Made by a program: the position numbers and the translations under genes
DNA from: Octopus vulgaris
Lineage: Eukaryota
Assembly (NCBI GenBank): GCA_951406725.2
Contig: OX597820.1
Span: forward strand, 111,910,001 to 111,974,000
DNA: 64,000 nt
Direction of reading: 5' to 3'
Shown here: piece after piece, positions 1 through 12,584 of the stretch
Numbering within the stretch: position 1 is the first letter of the stretch
How the letters are laid out: every line of letters starts with the position of its first letter
The notes under the pieces: model-generated
The model's database searches: none
What the model was told of the DNA's origin: nothing
What the model saw: only the letters and a program-made list of their open reading frames with translations

Positions 1-39
1 GCTTGATGTGTCTTCTCAAGCACAGTAAATTGCCAGAAG

Positions 40-700
40 TCCCTTGTCATCTCCTCAGAGTGGCTCAACATCTGAAGGTCATTTCGCATCACCTTGTCCC
101 ATGTCTTCGCCCTCCCACAGGTTCCTTCCACAATTAGAGATTGGCACTTCTTTATGCAACTGTCCTCATCCATATGCATCACATGACAATATCAGTGTGT
201 TTTTTTTCTCTTGCATGCTACATCTGATGCCTCTTATACACAATTTTTCTCTTAAATCATTTACACTCAATCATATATGCACATTGACATTACCCATCCA
301 GTGGAGTTTGCTGACTTCATTTCTTTGAAGCCATCACATGTCCTCTGCAGTCATAGCCCATGTTTCACTGCTATGTAGCATAGCTGTTTGTATACAGGCA
401 ACATATAATTTGCCTTTCATTCCGAGAGGGAGGCCCTTTGTTACCAACAAAGTTCTGTGAACTATGCCTGGCCTGTTCTTATTTTAGCAACTACACTTTC
501 AGAGCATCCTCCCCCACTACTTAACTTTGTTGCCTAGGTAACAGAATCTATCCACTACTTCTAAGGATCATCCCTGGACATTCGAGGAAGTTTATTTTCA
601 GTGCATTCTTGATGTTTATTGTACCTGCACATCTGCCACACACAGACTACTTCCTCTGTTAACAATCCTGTGATACTGTTGCAACATGTGAGTGGGGTTG
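40..700 (-). mobile_element. RTE LINE fragment (C-terminal ORF, degraded)
   Basis: Reverse strand matches the C-terminal part of the RTE at 35270-35900 (LxxKGLxLRxKGxLY...ETWA motif; xVCGRC end of the PHD insert near 620-640). Confidence 0.75.
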
Positions 701-1079
701 GTAGATGGAAACTAAAAGAAGCCCGTAGTATATATACATGTGTGCATGTGTGTGTATGTTTGTCCCCTAACACCACTGGACAACTGGTGCTGGTGTGTTT
801 ACATCCCCATAACTTAACAGTTTGGCAAAAGGGCTTGATAAAATAAGTACCAGGCATTAAAAAAAAAAAGTACTAGGATCAATTTGTTTGACTAAAATCT
901 TTCAAGATGGTGCCCCAGCATGGCTGCAGTCCAATGACTGACACAAATAAAAGAATACACACACACACACACACATATATAGGATAAAAAATTTTGAATG
1001 GTACAAAATGTACTATAATACAAACAATGGGCTGTGTATACCTGTTGTAATTTAGTCATCCATAGTCTGATATGATACT

Positions 1080-1618
1080 TCGGAATAAATTTCGATCACT
1101 TTCTCTCCCACCTCTGGCTAGGTAACCATGTATCTCCTTTACAATAGCACACCTCTTTCTTGTTAACTCTCCTTCTCTCTCAAGGTAAACATGTCCCTCC
1201 TCTTCAGCAGCACACCTCTTTCTGTCCTCATTCTTGTTAACTCTTGCTCTCTTCCTCTCAGTAGCTGGGTGACTATGTACCTCCTCTACAGCAAGACATC
1301 TATTTCTGTTTCTGTCACACCCTAACCTTTCATCACCTGACATAAGATCACCTCCTCCAATGCCCCCTCCCCTCTTAAAGATTCCTTGTCTTGCAAAGTA
1401 CTTGGTGACCCTGCCAGTGCAGGTGCCACTTAAAATGCACCCAGTTCGAACTGTAAAGTGGTTGGCATTTGGAAGGGCATCCATCTGTAAAAGCCATGTC
1501 CAAACTGACCCTGCCATAGAAACCATGCCAAAATAGACACAGAAGAATGGTGTAAGCTTCTGTCAAACTGTCCAACCCATGCCAGCATGGAAGGAAGATG
1601 TTAAATGATGATGATGAT
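1080..1618 (+). repeat. RTE-family 3' UTR/tail repeat ending in (GAT)n
   Basis: Ends catgccagcatggaagg..gttaaatgatgatgatgat, the same terminus as the RTEs ending at about 37190 and 42560; internally similar to 42000-42560. Confidence 0.7.
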
Positions 1619-1642
1619 ATATCCTTTAAGTTTGTTTTGATA

Positions 1643-1675
<33 letters not shown>

Positions 1676-1694
1676 TACAAACACACTACACATA

Positions 1695-3231
1695 CAGCCT
1701 TGGTCAAAATTATGGAGCAGGTATGAAAAAATAGAGAATATGATTGAATCTCATTTACTTAATAACTGAAAACAGTATAATAAACATTTTAGAGTCCATC
1801 ACATCAATAATTAGTATTTGATATGTCCTCCTTTTGCTTTGATAACCACTTTTATGTGTTTTTACATACTTGAGACTAAGTTGGGGCTCATAGCGAGCTC
1901 AATTTTCTGCTACTTTTCATGAATTTTGGCTTCTAATTCACTTTCTCTAGAACATTTACGTCCCCTCACTCGTATACCTAAAGTGTGACCACAAATGTTC
2001 AATGGGATTAAGTTCTGAAGACTAAGAGGGCCATTTCATTGCCCCATCCCTTTTCCCCTAAACCAACCCATTGAGACTCTGGATGTGTGGCATGGAGCAC
2101 TGTCTTGTTGAAAGATTATGCCATCTGGGACGTTATCATTGAAAATTTTAGCTAAGGAAGGTTGATAAACTTGATCTAACATGCTGATGTATGTGTTGGA
2201 ATTCATTCTACCCTCACAAGTGAACAACATTTCTGGGCCTGAAGAGTACATGTAGCCCCCAAAACTTCCTCCTCCAAATTTGACTGCTGGGACCACACAT
2301 CCAGGATGAAAAGCCTCCCATCTCTAAGGTGAATATAAACAGCTTCAGGGGTTCCAAAGATTTGAAGAGAAAAAAGATTTACTGATCATTTTGGGTATCC
2401 AATTAAAAGTGTAAGAATTCCAATTATGCCTAGTAAAGTGGTGGAAATGAATGTGGAGAACCTAAATCAAAGTTACTTTCATCAGACCAAACAACTTTAG
2501 CCCAGCCATCATCAGTCTAATCTTCATGTTCCTTTACCCAAGACAGTTGCTTCTTTATGTTCACTTCAGACAGCAATGGTTTCTTTCTGGCCTTACATCT
2601 TTTGAGCCCAGCTTCTAATAACCTTATCAATGTGTGAGTTGATATATCCTTGTTTGTTGCCACCAAAAACTCAGCAGTTAAGTCAAAAGAGGTCTTTTTC
2701 TGATCCGCTAGAGATGTCCTCTTCAGCGACTTGTCTTCTCCCATGGTTGTACACTTTTTATGATCTTGTCCTTTACAGTTTTTGAAAGAATTGGTCTCAT
2801 TGTACCTTTTGATGGACACCCTTTTCGAGCATTTCAATTTTCTTGCAATTTCAACTTGGGAGAATTCTTCACTAGATAATGCAATGAATTGAGTCCTTTG
2901 AATTTCAGAAACCTGTTGCTTTGAAGACATTTTCAACAAATATTAACCACTGATAAGTTATCAATAAGATATTCACTGAGAAAATAGTAAAAGATGTTAG
3001 TGTAAAACAATGAGTGCAGAAAATTGACCCAGCCACAAGCACCAACTTAGTATCAACTATCCAAAAATGCATAAAAGTGGATATAAAAGCAAAAGGAGGA
3101 CATATCAATCACAATTTGTTGATGGGTTAGATTCTAGAATGTTTATTATACTGTTTTCAATTATTAAATAAATGAGTTTCAATCATTTTCTTTATTTTCA
3201 CATACCTGCGCCATAATTTTGGCCAAAGCAG
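1695..3231 (-). mobile_element. Tc1-family DNA transposon with degraded transposase
   Basis: TA target duplication (1693-94 and 3232-33). About 165-bp imperfect TIRs (cagccttggtcaaaattatgg / ctgctttggccaaaattatgg). Transposase pieces: HTH region 2517-2939, VVWSDESNF, KFGGGS, FQQDSAPCH, LNPIEHLW, GGHIKY*. Confidence 0.92.
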
Positions 3232-3652
3232 TATGTATATGCTACATATGCACATATTCATCTGTCAGAGGAATGAGGACCACCTAATCATCTTTAAGGG
3301 TAACAGATGACTTGCATGGTGATTTTAAATAAAGTGAAGAAGAGTTGTACAGCCAAACTCACTAACTTGCGTGCGACTGTCTTCAGCCCTGTGGTAAGAC
3401 TAGGTCAAGATGACTGGGGATGAAGACAGATGCAGCGGATGATCAAAATGTCTTGTTTGCAACATCTTGCTCTCTGCATTTATTTAGAACTATTTTACTA
3501 ACTCCTTCATTCAACAATGTTACAAGAGGGTTAGTTCGCTAACATGATGCTCACAATAAAACATGAATTTCACTGAACGAAGTACATTACATCACCTACA
3601 TACTAGATTCAGTTACAAAGCAAGAGGGTAAGAAAAAAGAACTGGTACTCAC

Positions 3653-3809
3653 TTCAATTTGATTCAACTCCACAATATGTTTACAACCATTCCTTGAGTA
3701 AGGACAATGAACTTTCATAGAAAGGATCTCTCTCTTCACATAATTATCTGGAAACATTTTGTTCTGATCCACATCTGCATTGTCAATGGGACACTTGCAG
3801 TTGCCTTCT
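3653..3809 (-). CDS. TRAF6: TRAF6-like, second coding exon (end of RING and start of zinc finger 1)
   Basis: A-EGNCKCPIDNADVDQNKMFPDNYVKREILSMKVHCPYSRNGCKHIVELNQIE, compare TRAF6 KCPVDN...FPDNFAKREILSL.VKCP. Acceptor ttttccacAG at 3811-3810; donor GTGAGT at 3652-3647; 157 nt. The phase 2 start fits the upstream exon (AC|A = Thr). Confidence 0.93.
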
Positions 3810-3885
3810 CTGTGGAAAAAGAAACAGATAAAACCAATATATATATATACATACATATATATACATATGTACACACACACATATA

Positions 3886-3935
<50 letters not shown>

Positions 3936-4021
3936 CATATTTTAATTTTTTTTTTTCGTTTTTCTTGTTTCAGCTCAGAGCTGCAGCCATGCTGATGCAC
4001 CGCTGTTTTGTGCTGCACTGT

Positions 4022-6800
4022 TATTACTAAGAGCCTCCTCTAATATGTGGCACTTGGTGAAGAATGGAGTTTGATATAGCTACCCTCATTTGCACCTCTT
4101 GCCGTGAGGTAGGTTCATCTGGGACTCTCGACAAGATGTCCAGCTTTGATTTAAAAACTGCTACATCTACTTTGTGCAAGTTCCTCAGACTCTTTGGGAG
4201 AATATTAAAAAGCTGTGGGCCCTTGAAACCCAGGCTGTTGCAGTAGCTGGTCCTGAAGTGTGATGGCATTGCTGGGATCTTTGGCACTATGCAGTGTCAT
4301 CCCTTTCTAGCATTGGTGTAGCTTACAATGCCAAAATTTGGCACAATTCCTTCCAGGATCTTCCAGATATATATTACTGCATACCTCTCCCGTCTTCTCT
4401 CTAGGGAGTAGAGTCTTAGCTGTTTCAACCTTTCCCAGTAGCTGAGCTGTTGCAAAGAGACGATCTTCTTTATGAATTTTCTCTGGATTGCTTCAAGGTC
4501 CGCTGTTAATTTCACACTGGTGAGTGACCATAGCTGTGAGCAGTAATCCAGGCAGCTGAGGACGAATGTCCGCCAGAGGACCATCATGGTTTCCTTATCT
4601 CTGGTTCTGAATGTTCTTAGGATCCATCCGGCCAGTCATCTGCACTTTGTCGCCATCCTGGTAATGTGCACTTGGAAAGAGGTATCATCACTCATGTCGA
4701 TACCCAGGTCCCTCACAGACTTAGGCTCTGGGATTGAAATTCCCTGTGGACTGGTGTACCCTGTAAGTCTAATATTCAGTTTTGGATGCTGGTAGCACAG
4801 GGCCTGGAATTTTTCAGCATTAAACTGCGTATTATTATCCTCAGCCCATCTGTAGATTGAGTCCAACTCCTGCTGCAGGTGTGCAACATCGCTGGGGTTC
4901 TGTATTTTCTGCGAAACTTTTGTATCATCTGCATAGCTTGCCAGAGTGGCTATCCGGGCATTTGAGGGCATATCTGAGAGGGCCACTATAAAAAGCAGTG
5001 GTCCCAAGACAGTGCCCTGTGGAATACCGCTCACTATTTGTGTGTTCATAGAGGTGGCTCCATTAACCACTACTGCCTGACTCCTATCTTTCAGGAAGTC
5101 ATGTAACCACACTCCAAGTTTTCCAGCTATGCTGAGGTCACGCAGTTTGTGACATATCATACCATGATCCACCTTGTCAAAAGCTTTTGCAAAATCAAGG
5201 TAGATTACATCCACATTTGATTTGTTGAGTAACTGCCTAATGTCATAATGTTGTAAGAGGTGAGTCAGGCAGCTCCTACCTGGTCGAAAACCATGCTGGG
5301 TATTACTCAGCAAGTTATTTTCTTCAAGGAATGCGATTAGTTTCTTTCTGACTATCCGTTCCATAACTTTGCTGATGTGTGAAGTCAGAGAGATAGGCCT
5401 ATAGTTTTTGGCATCTGCTCTACTTCCCCCTTTATGTATTGGGCATATTATTCCCTCCTTCAGCTTGCTTGGCAGTTTGCCATTTGTAAGAAAGCTCTGG
5501 AAGAGAATCTTGAGGGGTTTTGCCAGGGCATGCTTACATGCTTTGAGGAGGATAGCTGGGAAACCATCAGGACCAGTAGTTGAGTTTGTGTCCACTTCAT
5601 CTATGGCTAGTAGGACATCTTCGCTAATGTCAATATATTCTATTGTAACTGCCTCGCTGGTTATAGGTGAGGCGGCAAAGAAGTCCACTGGTTTGTGTTC
5701 CAACGGGGTGGTAAAGACACTTTTGAACTGGTCATTCAGTATCTCACTGATCTTAGTTGGACTGTCTGTGAGGGAGCCATCATTTTGGAGGAGGGGTCCT
5801 ATCTTGTAGTGCACTGAGACTGTTTCTTTCACATAATGAAAGAAGGCCTTTGGGTTTGATTTAATGTTTTTTATAACCCAGGCTTCTTTGTCTGCTTTCT
5901 CCTTCACATAGGATTGTTGCAGCCTTTTTTCGATCTCCATCAGTGTTGTTTTTAGGCGGGATGTTTCGCTACTTTTGGGATGTTGGTTGAGACGATTTGC
6001 AACCTTCATCCGTTGTCTCATGAGGATCTTCCTGTCTCTTGGAATCTTGCTCCTATTTGTTTTGGCCTTGTGCTCTGGGACATATTTCTGGCATACGGCT
6101 TGCACAGAAGACATGAAACATTCTAGTTTCATGTCAATGTCTGGTGTGGAGAGACATTCCGGCCAGTCCTCTCTGAGGATCCCTTTTTGAATCAGTTTCC
6201 AATCTGCTTTGTGGAAGTTCAGATTGGAGAGATTTCAGGTGCTTCCTTTAGGCTGTATGTCTCTGGTTACTTTCGGCCCAAACATAGACAGCTCTATTAT
6301 GTTGTGATCCGAGACTAATGTCGGTGTCACTTTCACATCATGAATGATGTCCATATTGTTCGTGAAGCAGATATCCAGAATGTTATTCGCCCTAGCTGGT
6401 TTGAGTACAACTTGCTCCAAGAATAAGGCATTGGTGAGGTTGAGCAGGGACTCCACCTGTACTTGCTTGCAGTGATTCATTCCTGAGAGTATGAGACCAT
6501 CGGGTCATTTGATGTTGGGGAAGTTGAAATCACCCATAAGAAATATGGTCACGTGGTGTTCCAGATTCATGAGGATTTCTTTCATTCTTGTGAGGCAAAC
6601 TTCAAACTTGCCTATGTGATTTGGAGCATCCGGTGGGCAATATGTATTGCATATGACTATATTATGTTGTCTTAGGTATACAATTAAAGTGTCACATACC
6701 GAATTTGAATATGTCATTAAGACCTGGGGTGTGAGGTCATTTCGGATGTATACAGCAACTCCACCATGGCTCCTTTCCCTTCTGTCTGTTCGCAGTATGG
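4022..6800 (-). mobile_element. CR1-clade LINE, 5'-truncated (partial APE, RT, C-terminus), intronic
   Basis: APE fragments (MGDFNFPNI, NILDICFT). The 498-aa ORF 4636-6132 has NYRPISLTS, QHGFRPGRSC, YLDFAKAFDKV, GIPQGTVLGPLLF and YADD. C-terminal SYWERLKQLRLYSLERRRER motif. Several frameshifts. Confidence 0.9.
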
Positions 6801-6864
6801 CATGTATATATTATATATATACAGGATATATATACATATATTATATATATATATATATATATAT

Positions 6865-9800
6865 ACAAAATGAGAAAATGGAGAAATATATCTAAATCAA
6901 TCATCAACCATCTGATAATACCCAATCAATACTTTATTAAACCATTACACAATAGCAATGATATTATACATTAATATAGTACAAATATAACAAGACATAG
7001 AAATAGAAATACATTTACATTGTAGCTGACAGCTGTTTCGGCCGTGAAGACAGGTATGTCCCATTTAACCTATTAGCCATATAAAGCAGGTATAAATGAG
7101 ACATTAACAAGAATATCTCACGGCCTCTTCAGAGAATTTAATGCAAGTATGAAAAAAATTTACATATAAATATAAATATGTGTGCATACACACTCATATT
7201 CTTACATATATATATATACACACAATAATACAATATAAACAATATAGATCAATATACATCAACAAACACAATAATGTTCCATATTGAACTCCACAGTTCC
7301 ATAACCAACATCAAGGAACCACAACATGTACACTCACACTCAAAGCAGGCATATATATTGAACAGTCCAATACATTAAAATGTGTCATTACACAAAAAGT
7401 CAATAAAATTAATATTAATAACTCCACGACTGTACCATCTAATGCCAGCGGACATCCACATATATACGCAATCAGTCGAACTCCTCTGCCCGCATGGTAT
7501 TGATTTTCATAGATGGATTCGATTGGCCTATAGTTTTAAATTTGAATTACAATGGAAATTTTACGGTTAGTTAGCTAGGAAACATGCGCACGCACATCCA
7601 CAAATCGTGCGCACATACATATATAGTTATATGTATACACACACACCCACACACATACACACAGACATACCCACATACACAACCAAATCATAAATAAATA
7701 AATAAATAATATAAAGGGTACTATCGCAACTATACACATGCAAAACAGAGGAACTCAACCGATTGCACATACATGCATGCAGACATCCACCCGCCCCAGA
7801 CGGGACCATGGCCGTGGTATTAACTAAGTATTTACAAACAGATCCACTCACATATGTCCATAAATCCGTAAATGCAAACATACATATAATTATATCCAGA
7901 TAGAGAGTGTAATTTGTCATAAGGTACATAATTCATGTGACACCGTATTTTTCATAAACATAATATTTTAGAACTAAAACTGTCCGCAACTTTACCGCTA
8001 TGTTTTATTCAAACATTCGCTAAATTATAAAGTATAGAATACCCGTTTCTGTTTGTCTATCAAAAGACATAAAAATATATATATACTAAGTTAACATCGG
8101 TTTATAATAATTAAATTATAAGAAATTAATTGTAAAAAGTCAAAATACGCTAATATTCTAAGATATATAATCAAAATACCTCCTTATAGCTTATACAGAT
8201 AACCTCCCTACGTGAGAAGTCTAGTATTATTACAATACTAATATTTTCCTATTAAAACCCTCACCAACGAACTAATAGAATTACACTCACATCTACATGT
8301 CCATATGTATACTCATGTGTAACAACAGACATACACACCATATATTTTCACATATGATGTGCGTGTAAACTTTCGTAGTACTTATATATATTTTTTTTTT
8401 TAAGTATCAGTGGACACATAAATACATATATAATAATTAACAGGATTTAGCATTAAATAGTATCAGTGGACATATAAATACCTATAAAGTAATTAACAGG
8501 ACTTACCAATAAACAGTATATAAGTAAATAACAATAAATTAAATTAATTATAAGTTAATAATTGCAATTACTTAAAATTAAAATGTAATAAAATAAAATA
8601 AGATGAAATAATTAAAATTAAAATGAAAATATAAGTAAAAGCATGTATACATATATATATATTATTATAATAAATAATGGATATGTATGTATATATCTAC
8701 ATATAAATAAATAAATGAATAAATAAATAGATAAATACCATAGAATACAAATTAAGATAAATACAAAGGTAAACCTAATATATAATACTGCTAATATGTA
8801 TATATCCACATATACATAAATGAATAGATAAATAACATAAAATAAAAAAAAATACATTGAAATGAGTACATAGATAAACTTAGTATACAGGCTACTATTA
8901 TGTAAATATTTACATATAGATAAATAAATAGATAAATAACATAAAGTACAAATCAAGATGAGTACAAATATAGACTAAATATATAAGACTGCTAATATGT
9001 ATAAAGCCAAATGTAAGTAAATGAATAGATTTATTAATAAATAACATAAGATACAAATTAAGATGAGTACAAAGATACACTAAATATACAATATATAAGA
9101 CTGCCAAATAAATACCTGCAAAAACCCATATACTCATCCAAAACAAACAATGTACATTCAATATAGACTCTCATTTATTACATATTAGTATTACAGTATC
9201 TAAAACCAGGTTCCCTAACTATGATACTCATACACACTCAACAATTTTGGAAATCCCCATGAATATCATATTTCTGTGTATATACCAAAATATATATATT
9301 CATGTTCCAGTGTATTTCCCTTATAAGCCAGGACAAAAAACAAAAAACAATCAATACAGAACATATATATTTATATATATGTGTAGCTACAAGATTATAA
9401 ATTTATAAGTTGCATGTTTCAAATTGTAAAGACTACTATTACAATCAGATATAGAGGAAAGTTAAAATATTACTAGTAGAAAAGCTAAGTTCTATTTAAA
9501 TCTAGAGAAAGTGTATGGTAGTTTATGAATGCAAAAAAAATTCCACTCATTAATATTATTAATAATAGGCCTACCAGCTTTGATAATGAAAAAAATTTCA
9601 TTAATACATAGAGAGCATTTTTTATTTTTACTATTATATACAGGTGCAGAAGTTAGTATTTTCCAATTTAATTTAAAATCTATGATCTTACTTTTGAGTT
9701 CCCAAATATACGCACTTAACCTCGTAGAGTACATCCTGTTTTTATTTCTAAAACTATATCTATGATAATTAAATCTCTGTTTCATGCTATTCATAGTTAC

Positions 9801-10560
9801 TCCGATGTATACCCTACTGCTAAATTGTGTATCCACAGTGCATTGATAAACTACCTCTTTCTTGAGGCATTGATTACCAAACACACATTGATTTCTGTTT
9901 CTGCAATTACAGTTATCAACAGGTAGGGTAATCTAACATTGGCCAAAATTTCTGTAACACTATTCCCATTAATAGTGTTACAATTATTTTTACTATCCAA
10001 TCCTAAATTCAACGAATGATTGGATTTATCATTATTGGCGATATTCCTATCAATAGTAATAGTATTGGTGGTAGTGGTATCATCTAATACATTAATATTT
10101 TTCCTTACAGGTACTGTACCATCATAATTTGCAAGAGGGTTGTTCGCATTAGCTCCAAAAGATATATTGTCCCTACGATTATAGAGAGGCAAATTACTAT
10201 TATCTAAATTCAACTTTCTATCATTATAGAAGTAATCCAGTTTCCTGTTATTAAATGAGGAGATGATGGTGGCTAAATTATGTGTAATGCTATATCCTAT
10301 TCTAACAGTTCCATAGTTAATTAATTGACCAAATTTATTCCTACCCTTAACAAAGTGCCTAAATATTATATTGTGCAAAGCTCTAACTATGTCTGTTTTA
10401 ATCTGCAATGCATATGGGATTATCAGCCATAGTGTATCCTTATCAGTATTAGGGTTGCCTATCAAATTGTTATTTTTAGTAAAAACCTTGTTCCTCCTCC
10501 ATCCCATATGTTTACTATCCTTAACATTGTCATTGTTTGAGACGTTTGGAAATATGCTTG
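6865..10560 (-). mobile_element. Penelope-like retroelement (Naiad-type GIY-YIG), 5'-truncated, with long 3' region
   Basis: Thumb-like segment WLIIPY...VRIGYS..NLATIISSFN (9851-10579), then frameshifted CNCRNRNQCVFGNQC, VVY..YIG, RFNYH..SF, LSAYIWELK and CSLCINE (9492-9920). Hammerhead motif at about 7030-7134; AATAAA at 6939-6934. Confidence 0.85.
7026..7134 (-). ncRNA. Type I hammerhead ribozyme (Penelope-associated)
   Basis: Minus strand: ct-CTGAAGA-ggccgtga...tcacggcc-GAAA-cagctg-TC-ag. The catalytic core is complete, helix II has an 8-bp base, helix III is palindromic, and the cleavage triplet is GTC. Helix I is only 2 bp. Confidence 0.78.
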
Positions 10561-10561
10561 A

Positions 10562-10770
10562 GAAGACCAGGCAAGCCAAATGAGACCATAACCTTGTGGC
10601 CTATGCAAGGAGCGTAACCAGCCAGCTTATGCGTACCTTTTCCTTCTTTGGGCACTAAACTCTACTTGCGAAGACCTGTTGAGGCAAGTGAAATTAAAAT
10701 CAAAATGGCATCCGTGCTAGCGGGGTGCAAAGAGCACCATACGAGTGTGATCGTTGACAGAGCGGCTATT
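10562..10770 (+). repeat. RTE 3' UTR-related repeat fragment
   Basis: Reverse-complement match to 39160-39300 (caagccaagtgagaccataacc..tggcctatgc..aagacctgttgaggc). Confidence 0.6.
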
Positions 10771-11697
10771 TGAGCATGACGAAAGGATGACAGGATAGGA
10801 ACTTCCGGTACAGGTGGAGGGGGTGGGAGGGCGAGCATACCACGAAGTAGCAAATTTAGACGAGAGTATCTTCTGGATATGTATTCTTTTGGCAGAGGTA
10901 TTAAGAAATCGAGTAGGGGAATCAGAGTGCTTGCGCTAGTTTATATAAGATAGGGGTCGAAGAAATCTTGGCAAAGCAAGTGGTAATCGAAAGAGAGAGA
11001 CAGACAGACAGACAGAGTGAGGCACACAGAGAGAAAGGGGGCGCCAGAGTTAGTGTAGTCGAAACACAAGGGAGAAAAGTATTCTTTTGGGATTTGGGTA
11101 GCATAATTTAATGAAACAGCAAATGTTGATAATAGTAAAATAGAATTGAAAAATCTTAGAGTTTTCAGTCAGCCAATTTATGACAAAATTAGATGTATAC
11201 ACATATACTATATATATATATTATATACACATATATATATATACATACATACACTCACACATATATATATCACACATACACACACATATATATATTTTGT
11301 GTATGCGTGTTTGTGTCTCCTTGCCCTGATTGTTGTGGTGTCATCCAAATTTGGTTTCTGTGGAAACATGTCTGGCTATGGGCATATAGTATCTTGCTTG
11401 GAAACAGGTGAGGGCTGGTGTCAGGTTGCATCCAGTCAGAGAAAATCTGCCCACATGAGCTCTATCTCACCCATGGAAACATAGGAAAATTGACATTTAA
11501 ATGATGATGGCCCTATTGTGTGTTACACAATGTAATTGTTTGAATGAGGTATAGAGGTATAACCGATTATATGAGACCCCAGTATTTGACTGGGAGTTAA
11601 GTTCACTAAATCTCAAAAGATGCAAGTGAAGCGTGGTAAGACTTGAATTTAGAGCAAATGATGCAAGTGCATATTATAAAACTGTTGAAAGACTTAC

Positions 11698-11869
11698 GTT
11701 AGCCATCGGTCAATACAGGACTTGCAAAATCGATGCCCACATTCTGTCTGCATGGGTTCACAGAGGATAAGAAGGCAGATAGGACATTCATATTTTGGGT
11801 CAGGTGTAGGCTCAAATTCATAGTCATAGCCGTCTTTTCCCATTGTAGACAAGTTTGTTGTTTCATCAC
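11698..11869 (-). CDS. TRAF6: TRAF6-like E3 ubiquitin ligase, RING-finger exon (ATG at 11843; frame also open upstream to the acceptor)
   Basis: Minus strand reads (DETTNLST)[50 protein letters not shown], matching the TRAF6 GYDxEFxPxxxxKYECPIC...CGHRFC RING start. Long pyrimidine tract plus TAG acceptor at 11870-11871; GTAAGT donor at 11697-11692; phase 2 end. Missed by the ORF track. Confidence 0.93.
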
Positions 11870-12584
11870 CTATAGCAGGTAAGAATACAGAAGAAAAAAT
11901 TTAATCAAAAGAAAAACAAGAAAAAAAAACAAGAAGCAGAAATCAAAACAATGGCTGTGAAATGTAGATGTTAGACTACTGACAACGAGGTAATGAGTTC
12001 AAACTTGGTTTAAAGCAACCATGTGTCTTATACATGGTACATTACTCTATTTCCATTTACCTGGTTCATCTGAACAGATAAGCTGTGTAACAGCCAATAT
12101 GGCTACTTATTCCTCCCCACATTATCCCTTACTTCCTCCTCCTCAATCCTTGTTCTTTTGAATAGCAACACCATGGAAAACCTACCACACCCAGATTTTT
12201 CCTTATAGGCATCAACCAGAGAGAGAGAGAGTCCCAATGTGGTCACTTGACCTGCTAGCAATAGCAGCCAAACTTTTCTTAAATGAAACCCTTCTGTCTT
12301 TAAAAAAAGTAAACTAAAAAGAAGAAAGCAGGCATTGCATGGTGTGTCCTAGGTACACAACGTGTGGAATACCTTTCAATCATATCTCTACTTGATCAGG
12401 GCTGAGCTACAGCAATCTAAGATTTTCAAATTCAAGATTTAACAAAAAAGTTTTTTTTAATATATCCACAAAGATAATCAGCAAAAGATTCATACAGAAA
12501 TACTTACTGGATAAATACACCAATCATTTGATGGTTTCTTAGAAATTCTGTACCAAACTGATGAAGTTGGCAAAATTTCTGCAA

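Noticed and set aside
3300-3480. Possible next TRAF6 exon after a minus-strand AG at about 3476
   Set aside because: The phase-0 translation is not zinc-finger-like and hits a stop; there is no pyrimidine tract.
7785-7825. Minus-strand ggccatggtccc resembling the start of the HDV ribozyme
   Set aside because: The downstream sequence cannot form the P1/P2/P3 nested pseudoknot; a short chance match.
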